The position numbers were made by a program, and so were the translations under genes. From NCBI GenBank assembly GCA_038060895.1, contig JBBTCT010000022.1, positions 256,001-320,000 of the forward strand: DNA of 64,000 nucleotides, read 5' to 3'. The notes under the pieces were generated by a model. It was not told the origin of the DNA and did not search any database. It saw nothing but the letters and a program-made list of their open reading frames with translations. Shown here in pieces: positions 59,742-64,000 of this stretch. The first letter of the stretch is position 1. Each line of letters begins with the position of its first letter. The DNA comes from Planctomycetota bacterium (GTDB lineage Bacteria > Planctomycetota > MHYJ01 > WSZJ01).

Positions 59742-60341
59742 TTACACGCGCTTCCCGATCTCGTCCCAGTTCGCCACGCTCCACCACGCATCGACGTAGT
59801 CGGGGCGGCGGTTCTGGTACCGGAGGTAGTACGCGTGTTCCCACACGTCAACGCCGAACACCGGGTGCTTGCCGTCCATGAGCGGGTTGTCCTGGTTCGG
59901 CGTCGAAACGATTTCGTACTTCCCGTCGGCCGTCCGCGCCAGCCACGCCCAGCCGCTCCCGAACCGGCCCGTGCACGCTTCCTTGAACTTCGTCTTGAAC
60001 GTCGCGAAATCCGTCCAGCCGCTCTTGATCACGTCCGCCAGCTTGCCCTTCGGCTCGCCGCCCTTGCCCGGGCCCATCCAGGTCCAGAACATCGAGTGGT
60101 TCCAGTGCCCGCCGCCGTTGTTGCGCACCGCCCCGCGCACGCCTTCCGGCACCTTGGCGATGTTCCGGCACACGTCCTCCAGCGACCAGCCCGCCACGTC
60201 CGCCGCGCCCTCGAGGGCCTTGTTCAGGTTCGTGACGTAGGCGTTGTGGTGTTTGCCGTGGTGGATCTCCATCGTCATCTTGTCGATCGCCGCTTCCAGC
60301 GCGTCCGGCGCGTACGGCAGCTTGGGAAGTTCGTGGGCCAT
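59742..60341 (-). CDS. sodA: Mn/Fe superoxide dismutase
   Basis: [34 protein letters not shown]. Confidence 0.95.
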   Translation of the reverse strand: MAHELPKLPYAPDALEAAIDKMTMEIHHGKHHNAYVTNLNKALEGAADVAGWSLEDVCRNIAKVPEGVRGAVRNNGGGHWNHSMFWTWMGPGKGGEPKGKLADVIKSGWTDFATFKTKFKEACTGRFGSGWAWLARTADGKYEIVSTPNQDNPLMDGKHPVFGVDVWEHAYYLRYQNRRPDYVDAWWSVANWDEIGKRV

Positions 60342-60467
60342 GGTTTCCTCCGTGAGTTCGTGATCAGGCGCCGCAGGCTGCGGCGTCGGGGCGGCGAATG
60401 TCGCGCGGGGGGGAAGAGGTGTCAAGGCATTCGCAAAGGAAGAGCTTTGCAATCCCACGGCAGCCTT

Positions 60468-61157
60468 TTACCCCTTGAGGTGCGATGGCAGGTCGGAGAT
60501 CTCGCGGACGCGGCGGCACTTTCGCTCGGAGTGGAGCCCCGCGGGGTCCATGAGCACCGCGTCCATTCCCGCTCCGCGGGCGCCGACGACGTCGATGTGG
60601 AACATGTCGCCCACGTAGAGCGAACGCTCGGCAGCAGCGCCCGATCGCTCGATTGCCATGTCGAAGATGCGGCGGTGCGGCTTTTCAACGCCGACCACGT
60701 GGGAATCGATGACGTAATCGAGATGTTTCGTCAGGCCCAGCTTCGTGAGCATGCCCTCGACGCTTCCGTCGGAGTTGGAGATCACCGCGAGGCGGTAGCC
60801 CAGGTCCTTGAGCTGAGTCAGCGTCTCGGCCACGGCGCGCCCGGGGCGGGACCAGAGCGTAAAGGTCTGGTTGACGGCGAAGAGGGCGCGGACGGCGTCC
60901 TGGACGCGGGCGCGGTCCTGCCAGCCGGCGGCAGAGAGGACGGTCCAGAAGTAGGTCAGCCAGCGCGTGCGATCTTCCGCCATGTCGAGCCTCGCCCAGT
61001 CGACGTGCAGGCGGGCGTGGGGCTCGGCTTGCTCCATGGCGCCGGGGTCGCCGTGAAAGGAGAACTCTTTCGCGAGGATGTCCGCGACGCGGTGGAAGTC
61101 GAGGTGGACGAGGGTGTTGCCGGCGTCGAGGAAGCTGTGGTTGGGGGCTGGTGGCAT
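60468..61157 (-). CDS. HAD-superfamily hydrolase
   Basis: LDAGNTL, ISN, EKP, VGD..DVVGA. Confidence 0.9.
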   Translation of the reverse strand: MPPAPNHSFLDAGNTLVHLDFHRVADILAKEFSFHGDPGAMEQAEPHARLHVDWARLDMAEDRTRWLTYFWTVLSAAGWQDRARVQDAVRALFAVNQTFTLWSRPGRAVAETLTQLKDLGYRLAVISNSDGSVEGMLTKLGLTKHLDYVIDSHVVGVEKPHRRIFDMAIERSGAAAERSLYVGDMFHIDVVGARGAGMDAVLMDPAGLHSERKCRRVREISDLPSHLKG

Positions 61158-61241
61158 GGGGGCGGCTTTCGTGGACGGCAAATCCCAACTCCAACCCCAA
61201 CTCCAATTCCCAACCACAATGCGGCGGGAGAGAGTCGGGGC

Positions 61242-62258
61242 CTACACTTCAAAAGGGTGGGGCGCGTTCTCCTCCGTGGTTCCGGCGGACGGCGGGGGAG
61301 AGGAAGGGCGGGCCTTGCGTCCCATCACCTTGCGCGCAGCCGCGACGATGTGCTTCCACGTCAGGCCGTACTTTTCGAGGAGCTGGTTCGGCGTGCCGCT
61401 CTCGGCGTACGTGTCGTCCACCGCGACCTGCTCGATCGGTGCCGGCGTCGTTGCGGCGAGGCACTGTGCGACCACGCTGCCCAGCCCGCCGAACTTCGAG
61501 TGCTCCTCGGCGACGACCAGCGCGCCGGTTTCCTTCGCGGCCCGCTCGATTGCTTCGCTGTCGAGCGGCTTCACGCAGTAGCTGTCGATGACCCGCGCGG
61601 TGATCCCGTCGTCCTTCAGCGCGTCGTGCGCCTTCAGCGCTTCCGCCACCATCAGGCCGTTGGCCACGATCGTCAGATCCTTGCCGTCCTCGAGCTGACT
61701 TGACTTGCCGAAAGGAAACTCGCCGCCGGTGTAGATGACGGGCACCTTCGGCCGGCCGGTGCGGATGTAGACGGGGCCCTTGTGGTCCGCCGCGCGCTTC
61801 ACAAGCTCCTTCGCCTGTACCGCATCACTCGGGACGCAGACGACGAAACCGGGAAGAGTGACCGCGAGCGCGACGTCCTCGATCGACTGCTGGCTCGGGC
61901 CGTCCTCGCCGATCGAGATGCCGCCGTGGCTGGAAACGACCTTCACGTTCTCCTGCGGATACGCCACCGCGATGCGCAGCTGGTCGTATCCCTTGTCGAT
62001 CAGGAAGCAGGCGAAGCTCGAACAGAACGGGATCTTGCCGCTGTGCGCGAGGCCGCCCGCGATGCCGACCATGTTGGCCTCGGCGATGCCGACGTTGAAG
62101 AAGCGGTCCGGGAATTCCTTCCCGAACTTCGTCGTGTACGTGCTCTTGGAGAGGTCGGCGTCGACGACGACGACGTTCGGGTTCGACTTGCCGAGCTCGA
62201 CCAGCGCCGCACCGTAGGCTTCGCGGGTGGCCGGGCCCATCGGGAGTTCGCGCACCAT
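61242..62258 (-). CDS. Transketolase C-terminal subunit
   Basis: ATREAYG, DADLSKST, GIAEANMV, GEDGPSQ, AEEH..GGLG. Confidence 0.93.
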   Translation of the reverse strand: MVRELPMGPATREAYGAALVELGKSNPNVVVVDADLSKSTYTTKFGKEFPDRFFNVGIAEANMVGIAGGLAHSGKIPFCSSFACFLIDKGYDQLRIAVAYPQENVKVVSSHGGISIGEDGPSQQSIEDVALAVTLPGFVVCVPSDAVQAKELVKRAADHKGPVYIRTGRPKVPVIYTGGEFPFGKSSQLEDGKDLTIVANGLMVAEALKAHDALKDDGITARVIDSYCVKPLDSEAIERAAKETGALVVAEEHSKFGGLGSVVAQCLAATTPAPIEQVAVDDTYAESGTPNQLLEKYGLTWKHIVAAARKVMGRKARPSSPPPSAGTTEENAPHPFEV

Positions 62259-62261
62259 GTT

Positions 62262-63080
62262 TTAAGCTCCAATTTCCGCAAGGGCCTTCGCGCACTCCTC
62301 TTTCGTCGGCGCCACGCCGTGCCACTTCGGGTCGTTCTCCATGAACGACACGCCCTTCCCCGTGATCGTGTGCGCCACGAGGCACGTCGGCCGGCCCTTC
62401 ACCTTCTTCGATTCCTCGAGCGACTCGACGACGAGCTGCATGTTGTGCCCGTCGATCTCCATCACGTTCCAGCCGAACGAGGAGAACTTCCCGCCAAGCG
62501 GGTCCATCGGCAGGATGTGCTTCACCATGTCGTCGAGCTGCTTCTTGTTGTAGTCCACGATCAGCGTCAGGTTGTCGAGCCCGTGCGCGCCGGCGTACAT
62601 CGCCGCTTCCCAGATCTGCCCCTCCTGGCACTCGCCGTCGCCCACCACCACCCACACGCGCGCGTCGGTCTTGTCGAGCTTGAGCGCGTGCGCGATGCCG
62701 ATGCCGATCGAGAGGCCGTTGCCGAGTGAGCCGGTGGAGGCTTCGAGGGCCGGCATGAAGCGGCGGTCGGGGTGGCCCTGGAGAGGCGAGCCGAGCTTGC
62801 GGAGCGTCGGGAGAATCGCGGCGTCGAAGTAACCGGCGTGCGCCATGCACGAATAGAGCGCGGGGCAGCCGTGGCCCTTGGAGAGGATAAAGCGGTCGCG
62901 CGCCGCCCACTGGGGATTCTTCGGGTCGTGGCGCATGACGCGGAACCACAGCGCCACCAGCAGGTCCGTTTCCGAGAGCGACCCGCCCGGGTGGCCCGAA
63001 CCGGCGGCGGTGATCATCTCGATGGAATCGCGGCGGACCTGCACCGCTTTCACCTTCAGTTCGTCGACTGTTAGGGGCAT
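62262..63080 (-). CDS. Transketolase N-terminal subunit
   Basis: SGHPGGSLS, DRFILSKGH, LQGHP, GDGE..EG, KWHG. Confidence 0.93.
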   Translation of the reverse strand: MPLTVDELKVKAVQVRRDSIEMITAAGSGHPGGSLSETDLLVALWFRVMRHDPKNPQWAARDRFILSKGHGCPALYSCMAHAGYFDAAILPTLRKLGSPLQGHPDRRFMPALEASTGSLGNGLSIGIGIAHALKLDKTDARVWVVVGDGECQEGQIWEAAMYAGAHGLDNLTLIVDYNKKQLDDMVKHILPMDPLGGKFSSFGWNVMEIDGHNMQLVVESLEESKKVKGRPTCLVAHTITGKGVSFMENDPKWHGVAPTKEECAKALAEIGA

Positions 63081-63238
63081 GTCAGGCCTCTGGAAGGGTG
63101 TTTTTGGTGGGCCGGGAAGCGGCGCATTGTAGCGGCGGGAGAAACGCGGGCAAGCGAAAGCGGGTCTCCGGGGCGATATGATTGAACTTCCGGGGTTCGG
63201 GTACGTCCAAACCGTCGCCTCCAGCTGAGAGAAAAACG

Positions 63239-64000
63239 ATGAAAGTGCTCGCGCCGGCGCTGCTGCTCCTGATCTCGATCGCTTCCCGTCCGTGTGCCGA
63301 AGAGCCGACGCTGGAGCAGCTGAAGGAAAAGCTGCAGAAGAGCTGGGAGCCCTGGAAAGGGTGCGAGCCGGGATCCTGGGTCCAGATGAAAACGTCGTCG
63401 ATCAACGCCACGAACCGCACGGAGACGGAGTACCGGCAAACGCTGGTGTCCCGCGACGAAACGGGAACCACGACGGAGATGCGGACCGTGAAGAGGTCGA
63501 AGGATTCCGAAGGCCGCGACGTCGTGGAGCTTGGCGAGCCCCAGACTTCCAGGATGCCCGTCGCAGCACAGGCCGGCGGCTATGAGGAGTTCAAGGATCT
63601 GCGGCATGAGGAGATCGTGGTCCTCGGTCGCAAGCTGGACTGCCGCGTCGTCGAGGCGACCTACGTGTACAAGTATCCGCAGCCCGTGAACGGGCAGACT
63701 GAGATCCGCACGAAGGTCACGATGTGGATCTCGCCAGAAATCCAGGAGATGGGCGGCATCGTGAAGACCGAGGCCGACACCGACAACAAGGTCGCGGGCA
63801 TGGGAATGGGAAGCTCGGACATGACGCTTCTCGAGACAGGGAAAGAAGTGAAGGTCGGCGACCGGACGGTGAAATGTTCCGTCTACCGCTACGGCAATTC
63901 CACGGGCAAGGAGGAAATGACAAGCAGCGGCGAGCTCTTCATGAGCTCCGAGATCCCGATGGGCTACGCGAAAATGAGGACTGTCATGAACTACAAGGCG
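63239..64000 (+). CDS. Secreted beta-rich hypothetical protein, 3' partial
   Basis: Open frame to the window end: MKVLAPALLLLISIASRPCAEE..PWKGCEPGSWV..EEIVVLGRKLDC..WISPEI; absent from the ORF track because it has no stop. Confidence 0.8.
   Translation, partial: MKVLAPALLLLISIASRPCAEEPTLEQLKEKLQKSWEPWKGCEPGSWVQMKTSSINATNRTETEYRQTLVSRDETGTTTEMRTVKRSKDSEGRDVVELGEPQTSRMPVAAQAGGYEEFKDLRHEEIVVLGRKLDCRVVEATYVYKYPQPVNGQTEIRTKVTMWISPEIQEMGGIVKTEADTDNKVAGMGMGSSDMTLLETGKEVKVGDRTVKCSVYRYGNSTGKEEMTSSGELFMSSEIPMGYAKMRTVMNYKA

Noticed and set aside
61184-61215. (CCAACT/CCAACC)n short repeat
   Set aside because: Brief intergenic low-complexity tract with no supporting context.

Overview
High-GC bacterial DNA, most likely Planctomycetota (inferred from a DUF1559-like prepilin gene, several Ser/Thr kinases, an ECF sigma factor, DUF58/vWA genes and FGE-domain proteins). 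The first ~3.4 kb looks like the end of a prophage or island. The rest is mostly chromosomal: grpE-hsp70-J-like triad, ppk2, prolyl oligopeptidase, a Phd/zeta-like TA pair, DEAD-box helicase, kinases, a GGDEF-PP2C-RsbW-STAS operon, a STAND cyclase-ATPase-TPR gene, lexA-orf-recA, nth, sulfurtransferase, moeB, queG, sodA and split transketolase. The standout is a complete 2136-bp IS1595-family element (16727-18862, 21-bp perfect TIRs, 7-bp target duplication). Besides its transposase it carries a small winged-helix gene and two tRNA genes whose bodies and anticodons disagree: a Ser-type body with a Trp (CCA) anticodon and a Leu-type body with a Pro (UGG) anticodon. The two anticodon loops are complementary to each other, and a convergent promoter plus terminator would produce an antisense RNA covering exactly the two tRNAs. 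This suggests a mobile mistranslating-tRNA toxin/antidote or defence module; the function is inferred, not shown. Also notable: a probable selenocysteine-containing MoeB, a headless STAND TPR cassette, a tiny hydrophobic ORF after recA, and several internally deleted gene remnants. All calls come from reading motifs by eye; no database searches were run.
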